Below, piece by piece: positions 23,419-37,600 of a DNA stretch of 64,000 nucleotides. The translations under genes were made by a program, and so were the position numbers. The notes below the pieces were generated by a model. It searched no databases, had not been told where the DNA came from, and worked only from the letters and a program-made list of their open reading frames with translations. The stretch is from Phoronis australis (taxonomy: Eukaryota > Animalia > Phoronida), in assembly GCA_002633005.1 (NCBI GenBank), contig NMRA01000087.1, forward strand, positions 124,001-188,000. Direction: 5' to 3'. Numbering within the stretch: the stretch's first letter is position 1; each line of letters opens with the position of its first letter.

Positions 23419-24509
23419 AGGGAAGGTGGCTACCAATTGATGAACAGCAATTGACCTATCGCCAGGATTCTGAGTGACGGCTTAACTGACCATTTAGAAC
23501 GCAGCATTATTGACACAACTTCGTTCCCAAGTTGTTTGTTAGTCAACATTACGCAAGCGGCGGAGCTTGCGATAGGTCAATTGTTACAATAGATGCCTGG
23601 TTGCAGGTGGTCAACTTCTTGGAGTCGGAAAGCGAGCGCCAAATGGACTGTGATTTTTGGACTACGGATTATGGAACTCCCGTTTGAACTCAGCGTTGAG
23701 AGAACCTGCTTGTTTGTTATGGAGGTTTTATTTCCAAACACGTCGCAATTGATTGATTGTTTGAAGAGTTTGGATTGGATTTTGAGTCAGTGCTAGTTGC
23801 AATTTGTTGTGGTGCGATGCCAATCTTGCATATTACTGGCAGAGAAGTCGTTCGTGGTGTACACATTACAGTCATAAAAGCAATTATGCTACCTTGTAGA
23901 ATTTTATGCGAGTCACGTAAGATGCAAAGTATTCTGATTTTGTTGGATGAAGACAAGTCTCATGTTCATCATTACTCTATGAATGTCATATGTTATGGTG
24001 AAAACCCACTTTGGTTCATGTGAAGAAAGGGGGACCTAAAAGATCAAAAAAAATTAAGCATACAGAAATTTCTTTGCCCCTGGCTTCTCTGTACTGCTTT
24101 GTAAATGTTGGAGATTGCATTTATTTCTTTCACTTCATAGGTAGTCTTCCATGTGGGGATTAATTTTCCTCATGTAAACCTCTTCAGTTATTCCGATAGT
24201 AGCGCTCGTGAAGTCTAATCATGTCTAACTGGGGTCTGTATGTTGACGATTTACATTTGTATTCTCCGGGTTACTTTACCGCAAATAATTGGCTATTTGC
24301 GGGTTCCTGCGAGTATGTTGTCATGCGAGATTCACTACTTCATGTTGTAGAAACATGCTTAAATTATACAAATACAACTATTCATGTCTTTCTGTCGGTG
24401 TCGTTAGTTTTTTCTTGCACCCATGTGCTGAACTATATTCTTAAACCTGCTGCGAGCATGTCTTCTGGCAAAAGCAAATGTGTGATTTAGACAACTTAAA
24501 GTTACTGTA

Positions 24510-24515
24510 AATAAA
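24510..24515 (+). terminator. Candidate WIPI2 polyadenylation signal
   Basis: AATAAA about 1.1 kb after the stop codon, followed by T-rich sequence. Confidence 0.4.
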
Positions 24516-25435
24516 AATGGTCTCTAATTTTTCTTTATTCATACTGGACGTGACTTCTGAGTATGGGGTCTCATTTTTGTTCTCTAAATCAAATTCAAAT
24601 TTTTGACATTTTCCATTCTACTTCTGTGTAAACTGAAGGTAAGTGCCCCTCTATCTCTTCAAAAGTATGTTATGGTTTATGATGATGGAGGTCTAGCCCA
24701 AGTTGACACTTGATCCCTCGATTTGAGCTAAAAACTTGAGATTTCGACTAAAGGCTAATAATTCAGTTTAATTGTTAATATTGAGGTCATCAAGTGCAAG
24801 CCAGGATTACACAGAATGGAAAGTATTACAGATTAATTCGAGTACTAACATTAGAACCCGGGCCCTGGTCTCGAGAAGAACCGACTGTTCTTGATGGCTT
24901 GGCATATAGAATGAACTGCTGAGCCAAGCCGTGATAAAGTCTGATTTCGAGCAATAGCAAACCATTCAGTTCCTCCTAAGCTCTTAAGTCGCATCTAATG
25001 CGTAACTAAACAAAGAATGAAATAGTTTTTTGTGACGTGGCCCATTTCACCAGAAGTGACTTGGACACAAATTTGACTTGCGCTTCCACTCGACAATTGA
25101 TGAAGGTTTAGCCATGTCGTTATTAGCACGTCAGTTTGGAGAAAATTCATATAAATTATTTGGGTAATTACAAGTTATGGGTACGTATTCTCAGGCGACT
25201 GCGTTTTTGTATTTTTGCTTAACTCAGTTTTAATTTTTTTTCAGAAATAGTTATAGGGATTGCAAGACCAAATTTCTATCTTAGGAAGTTACTTTGATGA
25301 AACTGAGTTCAGTCAATAAAAATGTTTTTACGCACGAGTGTGGATGGAAATTGGTCCACCTGTGAGTCGTCTGGTACGTGAATATTGCATTGACTAACAG
25401 TTGCACAACTAAAGGCTATATAGTGCATAAACATT

Positions 25436-25441
25436 TTTATT
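25436..25441 (-). terminator. Candidate TIMM23 polyadenylation signal
   Basis: TTTATT on + (AATAAA on -) at the end of a UTR-like tract downstream of the TIMM23 stop. Confidence 0.4.
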
Positions 25442-27003
25442 TACAAAACCAATTGGATCTCATTTGTGTCAAACTACTCACAAACAAGTAAATAAATAAG
25501 TCAACAATTGCCTTCACGTATTGTTCTCGTGCTAACAACCACTACAGCATAGCTCTGTCAGAAAAACTACTGAAGTATCACAACGTAACTCCAGAGCAGT
25601 ATTTTTACTGATTCGGGTTCATCCTTACCCATTGTGGATGACGATTTTGAAGATTATGGAACAGCTTGAGCTTGCACAGCGAGCATCCAAATTTTTACCA
25701 ACATTTTGGTGCCACATGATTCTCAACCCTACAATACTCAACAGTAATGTTTATTATAACTGCCTTCAACAAAAGATATACAAAAGGATATATTCAATAA
25801 TAGCACATTTAGAATATCTTCTTTTGTGTACAGGTTCCATTTACTTGTGTGAAAGCAGCATAATTATGCTGTTTACAGGGCTGCCAACCCAAAAATATGT
25901 ATTTTGCAAGAGAAAACTTGCAATTTCCGAAATTTTTATGAGTTTTAATTATAAAATGGCGCGATACATCCAAACAACAAATTTAAGTTTCAAATCATGT
26001 TGAACTAAAAAGCATAATAAAAAACTCAGCTCGTCGTGTTGCCGTGTGGTCAACATGCTCACATTCTTCCCCACGGGACAAGAGCTCTTAACAAAATCTT
26101 TGATTTCAAATCCCATGCTATTGTTGTGGGCGGGTTCTCAATGCATATGTAGGCACAATGAAACATAAAGTTTTTTCCCCCCGCTTTCCAAATGCTTGCC
26201 TTAAAAGCACATAAACTACAAGTAAATACAGAACAGCTGGCAGCTCTGTATTTGTCAAATTTTTGATTTTTACACCAAACGAACCCAAAGTTCAACACTT
26301 TTGTCAAATGAAACGGCCATGCAAAGGACAGCACTAATTCAACAACTAATCTGTTCTTTGTCACACAATCAAATCACAAACATAGTCACAAAAATATCAA
26401 GTAAATGTTCAATCTTCAATAAAATGAATGTATGACAATTGGGTCTACATTAATATTGAAATCAAACCTGTTTCCCCTCAAACAACCGCCTGTATATTAA
26501 GTCTGTGACTAAAAATACGTCATTGGCCATCTGACAAAAGAATATTTCTCTCAGCAACAGAAACAAAATTTTTGTAACGATAATGAGCTCGCCATGACCC
26601 TGAGAAACGAAAAAAATCCTGCCAATCTATTTCGTTTCAGAGGAGTGAGGGTAGGGCGAGGGAGTACAAAAATAGTTTTAACTGCCATTTAGAGGTGTTT
26701 AACTCGGAACAATTTGTCTAAATTATATGTATCTAATAGTTCAGTTGTCCTTTGTTCCATTTAAGGACTGCATATCTCACAAGCTTCAAAGCTTGCAAAT
26801 TAAGTCAATCGTTAGAACTTTCCTTTACAGCATTGAGCAATGTTCCATCTTAAAAGTGTGTCTGTGACGATGCAATAATGCTCAGTACCCCAACAACGTT
26901 CAATGTCTCTCACTTGTTCTTGACGTATAAGAGCACATATAAGTTCAATACACATCAAGTCTTCCCATTAGTATCTCTTCTCAATTCCTGCCACGATGCC
27001 CAT

Positions 27004-30000
27004 TTAATCCATGCCAGCCATCTGTTTTAATCTGTCCCTACTCGTCCACAGGCAGTAGACTGCGGCTATACCTAGGCCTATCCCACCGCCGCGAAGACTC
27101 TTTTTCCAGCCAGCTGCAAAATTCGAATGAATCATGAAAACTGGGATAAATGACTATTGGTGATAAATGGGTCAGCAGTAAATAAAATGCAATGATCCAT
27201 TTTAACGATTAACTAAAACACAGAAGACAGCTGTTCAAGTGGCAGTAAATCCAAACTGACCTGACAGGGAGAATTTTCTCTCAAGTTTATTCTCCAAAGT
27301 CGAGCAGTAATCTCGTTAGCAGAAACAAGCAATAATACGAAAATAGCCTGCTGATCATTCAACATATTCTTACAATTACAACTTTTGAAATTTGAATTGA
27401 TCCCATGCTGAGCGCTGGCAATCATTCTTCCTATTACAAGCCTTATGAACCGACCAACAGACAATATATGTAGAAGAGCGAGTCTTTCTACTGGTCAGGT
27501 CATATTTCTTGAAAGTATCTATGTTAATAGTGCAGTAACGCACAGCTCGCAGTCAAGCCAAATTGAATATGCTCCACTTCCTCTTGTCTTCACCACTTAC
27601 TGAGGCAAGACTACCTTTAATTATAGTGTACTGCGGACACTTACCGGATGACTTATATAGAAGACCTGTTAGGGTAGCACTTGATAATGTGTTCAACTCA
27701 TCCTCCGCACCTCGACCGTACGCTATTATCGTGCCAATGCCGCTGTACATGAGAGCTGCAAAACAAATATACATTCAGTAATTATCAAAAGCACAGTCGA
27801 CACTGTTTTACCCTGACAGAAGGACATATTAAAACTAAACTAGATGCTTGAATAGAATTTTAAAGAGACAGGTCAAAGTTAAATATCATAAAATAACGAT
27901 TTGAGAAGCCACACCCTTGATAGACAAACCTCAAATACGACAACCCACCAGCAACACATTCTAAAAACAGGCAACCTAGTAAATTACTGTCACATGACAT
28001 CGCGTCTGTGGCACCTGCAGCAACAGTCGCTACAATCCAGTTATTTCCCAACTTACAGGTATAAAAGGTTCCCAAAAACATTACAGTAATGCAGGTTCGG
28101 TCTTACCTACTATTCCTAAAGCTTGTGCTGTTGACGCGCCTTGCTTTGTGATGAAATTTAACATTCTGAAAGGAACACGATGTGTTTTAATGAGAGGGCT
28201 TTCCACTAGACTTAAGGTACAAAATAAGTAAACACAAACATGAACTTCCACAGCGTAGTGCCTAACACTCTACAGGCAAAAACGGAAGAATGTTTCCCCC
28301 CAAAAAAGGAACATCATTTTAAGTTACTGGGGGATTCTGATAAAGCATCTATCACCAGAAAGCGCCCATGGCTCCTTTTCCATGAAAAAGTGACTGCAAG
28401 AAATCATTGTTTCCACAGAAGCACACAGGACACTTCATCGAAAATCCCAGGTAATAAGACAAGGTTTGAGAAGAAGATAGGACTAAATTGATCAATGCAA
28501 AATTCTTGGTCAACAAGGCAACATGGAGCATAATAGTTCTTGACTGACTGATTTATTTAGCACTGAATAAACATTAAACAATAGAAACACACGTACGCAC
28601 GCACAAAACTAAATTAGCAATGACAAAGAAGACTAGGGTATCAGTAAAATAAATTAAAAGTTAAGAGGACAGCAGGTGTATACTAGATGACACAAAAAGT
28701 GTGGAGATTTTCATACCTGTATTGATAAGCTTGCTAGTGATTTAATTTTACTTAACATAGCTGGTTATCAATAATAATTTCTACCCTAAAGAATGCAGGT
28801 ATATGCAGACTCACTGTGTTCTATAGACTGCCCCAGTCAGCTGTTTCGTGCTAGTCTCCTTTAATCCTGAGTAAATGCCATTCAAGCCACCAATAGCACC
28901 ACCTGTAAGTATGAAATGAAACTACCATTTTCCACAACAGCTGGGATAACTACATATTTACTACAAAGCATCAAGAATTTCAGTACCTCGCAAGTTTGTC
29001 AAGATTACGCAAGCGTTAGAGAAATAGCACGAGTTAAAGAAAGTTTTGTGATCTCACAAAAGGAATTGAATACATCCCTAATCTCAAGGCCTGCAGACTT
29101 TTTAACAGTAATTCTACATGGATTGGTTGAATGTCTTCCACATGACCTGCAAGGACACCAGTATCATGAGGTTTGGTTACAACTCTGCTGTTACACCACA
29201 ATCCATCATTTAAGAAAAGCTTTTGGTCATCATTAGAGACCTATTTCTTTGCAAATCAAGGCACTGCTTCACTTAGAAGCCTTTTAACCTGCGAAACTCG
29301 TATACAAGACCTAAGACCAATTGATTTCTTCACCTAAGAAAAGTCACGTGTTTGGTCTTAATTTTACACCACCTAAATTCTAAATTCTAAGATGTAAATA
29401 ATGAGAAACAACTGCCTGGAGTAAATTAAGACTTAAGACAAAAACAAGTTGTACATATATTCACGGAAGCTGCTAACTCAAGGGGTGGAAATAAGTGTCG
29501 CACTCACCAATACAGTTCCTGATTTCAAAACAAACTTCATGTGCCCGATAAGCTCAAATCAACAACTCACAAACATGACCGCTTAACACAGAGCCGGGTT
29601 CACAAAGCACTGCTAATACACCCCAAAATACAACTCACATACAAGATTCAATGACTGTCCTACAAGGAAAAGGAGTCAGGGAGCTATGTTCGAGAGCCAG
29701 GACACAAGTTTCTGAGACCATGCACTGTGTTTGGCGATGGGGCACATGAGCTATGATTATAGAGTCGAGGATCTATGTTCATGAATGCGACAGCTGTGCT
29801 GTTTCCACCTCTTACAACTGTTTTTGCTTTTCCCACTGATAAATTTTGCGGCTGAGTTTTTATACCGATTCACTGGACACGGTAAAAGGTCAAGAATGTA
29901 AACTCTGCTATACCAGAATACAGCACGCACATCATTACCTGTCAGTACAGAGCCACCTATCTGCTGAAACGCCAGTTCAAAGCGACCTCTCCGGTGACTT

Positions 30001-32132
30001 GAACCTTCCGGGAAAATAAACTGTGGCTCCGAAGCTGGTCCCAGGTACGACGGGTCAAAGTTCAGGTAAGGTGACGTGATCGCTCCCTGAGAAGTAACTG
30101 TAAAATAAGAGGTTTTTTATACTCGCAGACTAGACGCAAAATACTTCTTAGACATACGTAGCAGCCAACTGACAATACTTTCAAGCATAGTTCGACAGTA
30201 AATGTAACTAGTCACACATGCCACTAGGTCTCAGTTGCTAACAACGTATCCAAATAAGAGGGCTGTCAGTAGTCGCGTTGTTGGGAATGGTATTTAACAA
30301 AACTTAAGTCAGCTACAAACTTTCATCGTGGGCCACTATTTTATTTTTCATGTTTACTCAGTTCCAAAGTTTTAGACAGTGATAATAAGGTCACGAGAAA
30401 CTGTTTGAATGATCTGTTTTTATATATGGCATGCGCAGATTCAACTCGCTAGGTCAGAAAGCAACACGAACATTTCGTTATCACTGCGAATAGGTCCCTC
30501 ATTGCAAACGTTTTTTTCTGACACTGGAGAATAGAATTAGGAAATGCGCTCAACACAATTTGAGCAGGAGGGAACAATAAACGAATTCATTTTATCTTGG
30601 ATTATATGACCTTATGTCCTAAAAATAAAAATTGCCTTGGCGCGTTCTGAATGCTGTCTAGTGTAAGTCACCACGACAACATTGATGTTTGAGTGACCTC
30701 CCCTGACTCATCGTTCAAACTAGATCACAGAGTATCTGCATATACACCGTGTCTGCCCTCAGCCACACTGCATACTCAAAGACCTCACGAAGTTGAGGTC
30801 TAAGAATTAGGTCAGTGAAGAAAATGAAATGTTTATTATACGTCGATCGGGATTGATGAATTGTCTGCGTTGTGAGGAATCTCTCTGTGAGAAAAATCTG
30901 TGACAGGTTACTTTCAAGCAGCCTCAAGATGACGCCACTGCATTTACAACATACCCAGCTTTCCTTCAGGCAACATTACATCGCCATAGAAGGCACACAT
31001 GTAGGCGATCTTGTAGCCACATAAAAGTTACTCGTTTCAAAATACATTTTGTAACATTGAATGAAACATGCACTCATTAAGTTATAGTTATCATATAACA
31101 TGACTCTGGAAACAATTTAGTCAAAATAATTCGAAAATCTGTTGAGGTTGACTTCAGCTTCCCTTGCTGGGTCGCATTTTGAGGAAGTTACAGAAAATGA
31201 CACCAGTTCACGAACAAAAAGTCAAAGGGACAGAAATTCCTCCGGATATCTTCACATGCTACTTTTTGCAAGTGTCAGACACCAGGTCACACACTCTGCT
31301 CAGTCTTGCGCTTGTTATGGCCTTACTCAAGTGACGTCAATTGAAAATACTTTGAGGTTATTACGCACGTTGAAAAAGTAATCCGCTATCAAAAAGTGGA
31401 GTTGGAATTCTTCACAAAAGTGATCTCAATTCCCATAGGCATAGGCATGCTTCATCGAGAATATGGATAGAACCAGAAAGGATCACATGCGCGCACCCAG
31501 GAGCTCGAACGAGCCCCCCATAAGGCAAAGCGGGCAAAAAGGTTCGCCTCAGAGAAATAAAAAGTCCAAAAAAAAGTAGAAAAAGAGACATAAGTCCACT
31601 AAAGTAAAAAGGCAGGAATTCGGCGGATGAACAATTCATAGATCTGAACATACTCTGTTTATTTATTTTTTATTTAATTATCTTATTTTTTAGTAAAAGG
31701 TCCACATTCTCAAAATTTGAGCCATCTACTTTTTAGGCTGGGTGCGCGCATGGATCACTGGACTGAAGAAAGTAGTTGCCTTTAAGTTATGTAACTTTAA
31801 GTATTTTTGACGAGGTGAAAACCCTTTATTCGGTGGGCGGATTTGGTCTACCGTCCATTTAAAAAACATGGGACGCAATTAACACAGATACCGATGGGGA
31901 ATGTATATTATATAAATCCGAGGGGTTACGACGTGTTGCCTAACCTTGCTCAGTCACTCTGGTCACGTAATCGCGTTCGTGTTCTGGCGCAGAAAATTTT
32001 GCCGGGTGATGTCTGATGACATCTAGTTATTGAACAAGTTAAGTGAATCCACTTACCTGGAACATTCATTGAAGGGTCTCGCATTCCATAGGACCCAAAA
32101 ATACTACCACCAGACTGTTCTGTTGACATCAT
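27004..32132 (-). CDS. TIMM23: Mitochondrial import inner membrane translocase subunit Tim23, 6 coding exons, 200 aa
   Basis: Exons 32057-32132, 29939-30097 (SPYLNFDPSYL...FIFPEG..RRGRFELAFQQIGG), 28815-28902, 28107-28165 (MLNFITKQGA), 27645-27755 (RGAEDELNTLSSATLTGLLYKSS) and 27004-27113. All GT-AG with consistent phases, total 603 nt; Tim17/22/23 PRAT-type motifs. Confidence 0.95.
31486..31752. mobile_element. MITE, CATGCGCGCACCCAG-terminus family, 5-bp TSD GATCA
   Basis: Perfect 15-bp TIR CATGCGCGCACCCAG / CTGGGTGCGCGCATG with GATCA on both sides. Confidence 0.82.
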
Positions 32133-32880
32133 CGCTGGAAAAGTGATTTTGTATAAAACGACGATGTTAAAAAACTACAACACATGTAAGCGGAAACGAT
32201 ATAGAACGCATGCGCAGACTTTGGGCTTTACTGATAGGACAATGTGCTTAATAATTTGTTCGAAATATTGTGGATATCAAAACAAAAAATTAATTAAAGA
32301 CATTTTTAACCATATTTATGTGTCTAATTGTTTAAATATGAAATTTATATTGCTTAAAATATGACAATATAAAGAAATAAATCCATTAAATGCATCAAAT
32401 CATCAAATTTAATACGTCTGATTTACTAGTACACACGAGGAAATCCCTATCAGGTCGCGTGAGTTAGGGATTCCGTTCTTGCGTTCTGGTCAGCTGAATA
32501 GGTGTTTAGAAGTGGAATTTCTCTACTAATGATGATCATCCAGGTTTGCGTTGTTCATTTCTGTTTATGGGTTACCGGTTACGCTTTTGAATTCTCTGAA
32601 ATTAATAAATATGGTTACTAAATAGCAAAATCGTTTGGCGCTAGTCCGTACTGATCAGTCACTGTTCAGGTTAGCCGCCTGACACGGTCGATGCTACACT
32701 GCTACAGTAGTACAGTGGAGAAAGGTATAAAACTGCTATTCAGTATGATCATCTACTACTAGTACCAAGCACTTCCGGAACAACACAAAGCATGTCAATA
32801 TGATTGTAATTTGTTTACGCATTTTCTCTCCGACTTCACCACATTTACTAGAACTGGTGACATTGAGCCTTGAGGTGAGT
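32133..32880. promoter_or_regulatory. Putative shared (bidirectional) TIMM23/NAF1 promoter region
   Basis: Head-to-head layout; NRF1-like ACGCATGCGCA at 32206-32216; ETS-like ACTTCCGG at 32771-32778; candidate + strand donors for a non-coding NAF1 exon after 32543 and 32874 (GAG|GTGAGT). Confidence 0.5.
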
Positions 32881-33100
32881 GTCACTGACACTGACAGTGA
32901 CCACCATGACATGAGTACCTAAGTCACTAGTACATCCAGATTTTCCGAATTCAATCATCAACATTGATGGCAAAACATCTCGTCTGAATTTCTCCATTCA
33001 CATCTAAACAACGCATGCTTGTCAAGCCACTCACAACCTCACACTGAGAACCAGTGGGGCTATGGGCAAATTTCTAAGCTTACTTGAATCTGTACTTGTT

Positions 33101-34180
33101 TCAAAACTATAGATATACAGCTTTGCATTGATATGGGTAAAAAAATGGCCATATAAAATCTGACACAAAAACTACACTTTTCCTTGAGTAAACTAATGTA
33201 GTTTACCAGACTTTCGAAAAGATAGCCAGCCAGCTAGCTGTTTGAAGACTGTCGTCAAAATACAGCTAGGTACCACTGTGTGTATTTCTTCCGTAGACCC
33301 TGAAATTGCACACAGCCAGGGTAGTTCTGCTTGTCACCACGCCGTGAAACTTGTATCAACATGTAAAACCAAAGACTGGACGGGGTGCATGCAAAATCTG
33401 GGAATCAGCCGGCACTCACCTTGCCTGTTACAGCCGCTTAAGTGAAAAAACAATGCAATAAACGTCATTTTCTTGCATAACTCTCCAACTTTTTCTAGCA
33501 ACGAAAAGTATGTCGTTATTTTGAAAACAATACACTCGTGTCACGCGCACGCGCCATTTCCTAAGTTTTGCGACATCACTCGGGAGATGATGATAGCTTG
33601 GCAGCAGCAAAATTTCTTCTGAAATTGGGTTTTTCGGTATCAAAATTCTAAAAACTTATAATGAAGTGAAACCAGTTCCAATAATTTATTGTGACATGTA
33701 CGCAACCTCTTGAAAGAAGAACAGTTGATTGAAGAATCGGCAAAAAAAAAACTGGCCAATAGGTGACGTGATATTTCATGGTGCTGAAAACCGTCGCTAA
33801 AGATCACTCCACAACTTTAGTAGCAAAGTAATGGTAGAACGCCACTTTTTCCAACACCGTTAAATAATTTAGTTTACTCAAGGAAGACTGTAGTTTTTAA
33901 TGACCCTAATTTTGAGTCAGATTTTATCTCACTACTTTTTTACCCACATCGGTGCTAAGCTGTATATTTATATACAGCTTTGTACCAAGGCTATCTAAAA
34001 GATTGCTGTTCTACTGGCGTATTTTGCTACTAAGTTTGTGGACCGTCAAAATGCGGAGGGTTTCAGCGGTGTGAAGTAGAGCCAACGCCTAATTTCTTTT
34101 TTCACCGATTCTTCAGTCAACTGTCCTTCCAAAAGATTGCCAACATGCCACAACAATTATTGGAATTTGTTTCACTTTGT
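33101..34180. mobile_element. Cluster of decayed MITE fragments in inverted orientation
   Basis: 33101-33200 is the inverse of about 33870-33981 (TTCCTTGAGTAAACTAA / TTAGTTTACTCAAGGAA); about 33660-33750 is the inverse of about 34095-34180. Confidence 0.55.
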
Positions 34181-34689
34181 GTTATTTCAATACCAGCATT
34201 GATTTACAGAATTTGTGATCATATTTTGCTTCGTCGAAGCTTTTATAATCTCTCAAAAGATGTCACAAAAATAGAGCAAATGCCACGTATCACGAGCATC
34301 CTGTTTTCAAGACTATGTGCTTGCATACACTATCTGGGATGTGTTCCCGTACCAAACCTGTACTTCAAGCTACTGACTATGTACTCTCTGCTTTCATTCG
34401 TCAGAGGTAAAAGCCTAAAGGACACACATTTGGATGTTGAACAAGACCAAGAAAAATGCGGAATTAAACACCAGGCTTCATTTGGTGTACTTTTGAAGCA
34501 GCTAGGAGATTACAATATGAGCAATTGAGATCATTTTTAAGAAAGTGCAATAGGTTTGTCTTCCAGATAATTCAGACAGTTGAAATGTAGGTTTACCTGT
34601 TGTGGGAACTAAGAAAACGTGTTACCTGATTGATCTGACTTTTTGTTTTAGACAAATATTTAGCTCAACCTCAAGAATTTGCTGTCGTC

Positions 34690-37600
34690 ATGGATGATAT
34701 GGTAACAAATGTCGACGGAGAAGTCAAAAACTCTGAGTGTAGCACTAACGACCCAGCATGCTCTAGTCAAAATGTTGATCATCGCGATGTGGAAGGTGTT
34801 AGTGTAGAGTCAGAAAATACACCCAATGGAAATTTGCCATCAGTAAAATTGGTTGAAGACAAATCATGTATGGAATTTAATGTGACTGATAATGCACCAG
34901 TAAACATTCCTGATGGAGAAAGTCCTACGATTGCTGTTGGTACTGATTTAACTAGTTCATTAAATGTAGAACAGTGTATATCTACTATGAATGATCGTGG
35001 AGCTGCACTGGAATCGGAAAAGTCAGGTTACTGCGAGGGAAAAGACTCTGGCGATGGAGAAGTTCACCGGGCAGTCATGTTGTCTCAGGACTCGGGATTG
35101 GAAGTCAAAGTTGTTGAGGAGATGTCCTCGGTCATCAGTCACGTGGTAAGTCGAGCAGGCAGAGCAATTGCTGAATATTTTGTGATTTTATAACAGGAAT
35201 TTTAGTTTACACTTATTGACACGTTTGAAGTTGCATTTCACCCCTTTTATCTATCATTTTAAACATATTTTGATTTATTAACCAAAGACACAACAGCTGA
35301 TAAGCATTGTACTCTTGGGAAATGATCGTTTCACCTGGCTGGCCTATTTTTGAATGTAAGTCTCTACGTGCCATTTTGAAATTTCAAGATTGTTGAACAC
35401 TATTAAATCAACCATTTTCCGTCATGTTTTTGTTTCACCTGGCTGGCCTATTTTTGAATGTAAGTCTCTGCGTGCCATTTTGAAATTTCAAGATTGTTGA
35501 ACACTATTAAATCAACCATTTTCCGACACATTTCATGACCTGTTGAGGGTGTGTTTATTCTTTTCAGTAACAGAAAAAGCCTTATCGTGGCAAGGAAAGT
35601 TTGAACACAGATTTTACAAGAGTAAAATGGTCAAATTGATTTTTGTTTTTTAGCCAGCTAAATAGGGCGAAATTCAGCTTTAAAACCACCCAGGGGCTTC
35701 TACCTCGGAGAGTCTACGGGGTTTTTTTTAATTCAACCAAATGTCAGAAATTCTATTTTGAATAGCCTTAAGTTAAATTTTTGATTTGCATTTCTCGAAA
35801 TGTTAAGTCTTCTGTATATTTAAGCAAACTAGTGGATTTGTGTCTTTTGACAGTTGTAGACAGATTCTGTGGCTACCTTAGCCTGATTGTTGTGAAACAG
35901 GTTAAGCCATCCATAGAGTTGTTTTTAGCTAAAAGTCAACAGACGAAAGCCAATGTACTCTTCGGCAAACATGGCCCAGATATGTGTGTTATTGAGATAT
36001 CTCTAAGCAGCACAGAAACTTTATCAAGTTTAAACCATTTGTTCGAAATACACATTGAATTGTTAGTGAATATTGTGGGATTCCTGGTGACGGACAAAGT
36101 TTGTTAACGACCTTGTGTTTATTACTTTTGTTAGATTAATACACGAATTCTTTCTGTCTCTGAAGAAGTTCTTCTGTGTGACACTATCTAATGAAACTCT
36201 TTACATTATTTGTGCTTGAGGCTATGTTCAACAAGTGGCTTTGTCACGGTAGATCGTTTTAGTGGCTTAAACATGTTTTTGGGCAATAACGAACTGTCAT
36301 TTTGTTAAGCCCAGAAACCTCTTCTCACCTGAGTTGAGAAAAAGTTGATATTAGTTTTATGTTCATTGATAATTGGTATATTTTTGATACAACGCACCTT
36401 TAAATCTGCTTTAAAGTGTAACACAGTCACTGTACAGATATTGATGAGAATCATGTTCCATTTTCTAGCATTAAAAGTCATTTTCCTAAATTTATGTTCA
36501 AAGTCACTGTACACTGACCGTGTTCTGGTGTTGGAAACATATTTAAACTGAAATTGGTTATTGCCTGGAATTCTTCTGTGGACCATACTGTAAACGTACC
36601 CACCATGACTGACAAGCAACTTGGCAGACTCAGTCTGCAGTAATGATAGCATACTTAAGAATTTGGTCGCGCTATGTGAGTAATTAATAAGATGGGGCTG
36701 ATTTTGTTACAAAAAGAGGCCTGTATCCAACTGTTGTCATGTGCACAAGGTGCATGTTTATTATCTCTTTAATATTGTTATTACTTTTTTTGAACAACGG
36801 CAGATCAATTTTTAACTCCTAAGCGCAGTTGATTTTTTATTTTCTCAACACATTCCAGAATGTTCCTCGTGAGCCAGGTCAGAATGAAAGTATGAATAGT
36901 GAATCAGATTCCTCAACAGACAGCGACTCATCTGACAGTGGTGCTGAGTCGGACTCTTCCACAGATATGAACACTGATAAACCTAAAAGTGGAAAGCAGA
37001 GCAATGTCCTGAACAAACAGCCACCAGATGTCGCTACCGAGGAGATCAAGGTCAAGGGGGAGATGTATTTGGAGGTACAGTGCTGGTTAAGGTTACATCG
37101 GACCCTAAAAATATCCAAACTTAATTAACTTCAGAACATCCCATCTCAGAAATGATTGATGAGATTCATAAGCAACTTTCAGATACCACGCTTTATCCAC
37201 TCCAAAATGCAGTTAGGAATTGTCTTTAAAATATTCCACATTTGCATCAGGGGCTATCAAATATGAAGACTTATGATTTTCATGTAAAAATTAATAAAAC
37301 AAAAAAATCAGAAAACTGCAACAGCATTTTTGAGATCTCATCTTGAGCATTTGTCTTGAATTAATTTTTTTCATGTAATTGATACCATTGTTTTGCTAAT
37401 TGGAAGCAAAAAAGACACAGTCACATTACCCTGATTGGTAAAAAGTCAAAAATCTAATTCTGTAGGCTTTTTTGCTTGCACAAAATTTCTACTTTTACTG
37501 TCAGAGTTGAGATCCATTGTATAAAAAATATTTGGCTTACTACACAGACTAGTCAGTGATAGTTGGATATAATGTGCCAGATCTTGAGAACCAGTTTTCT

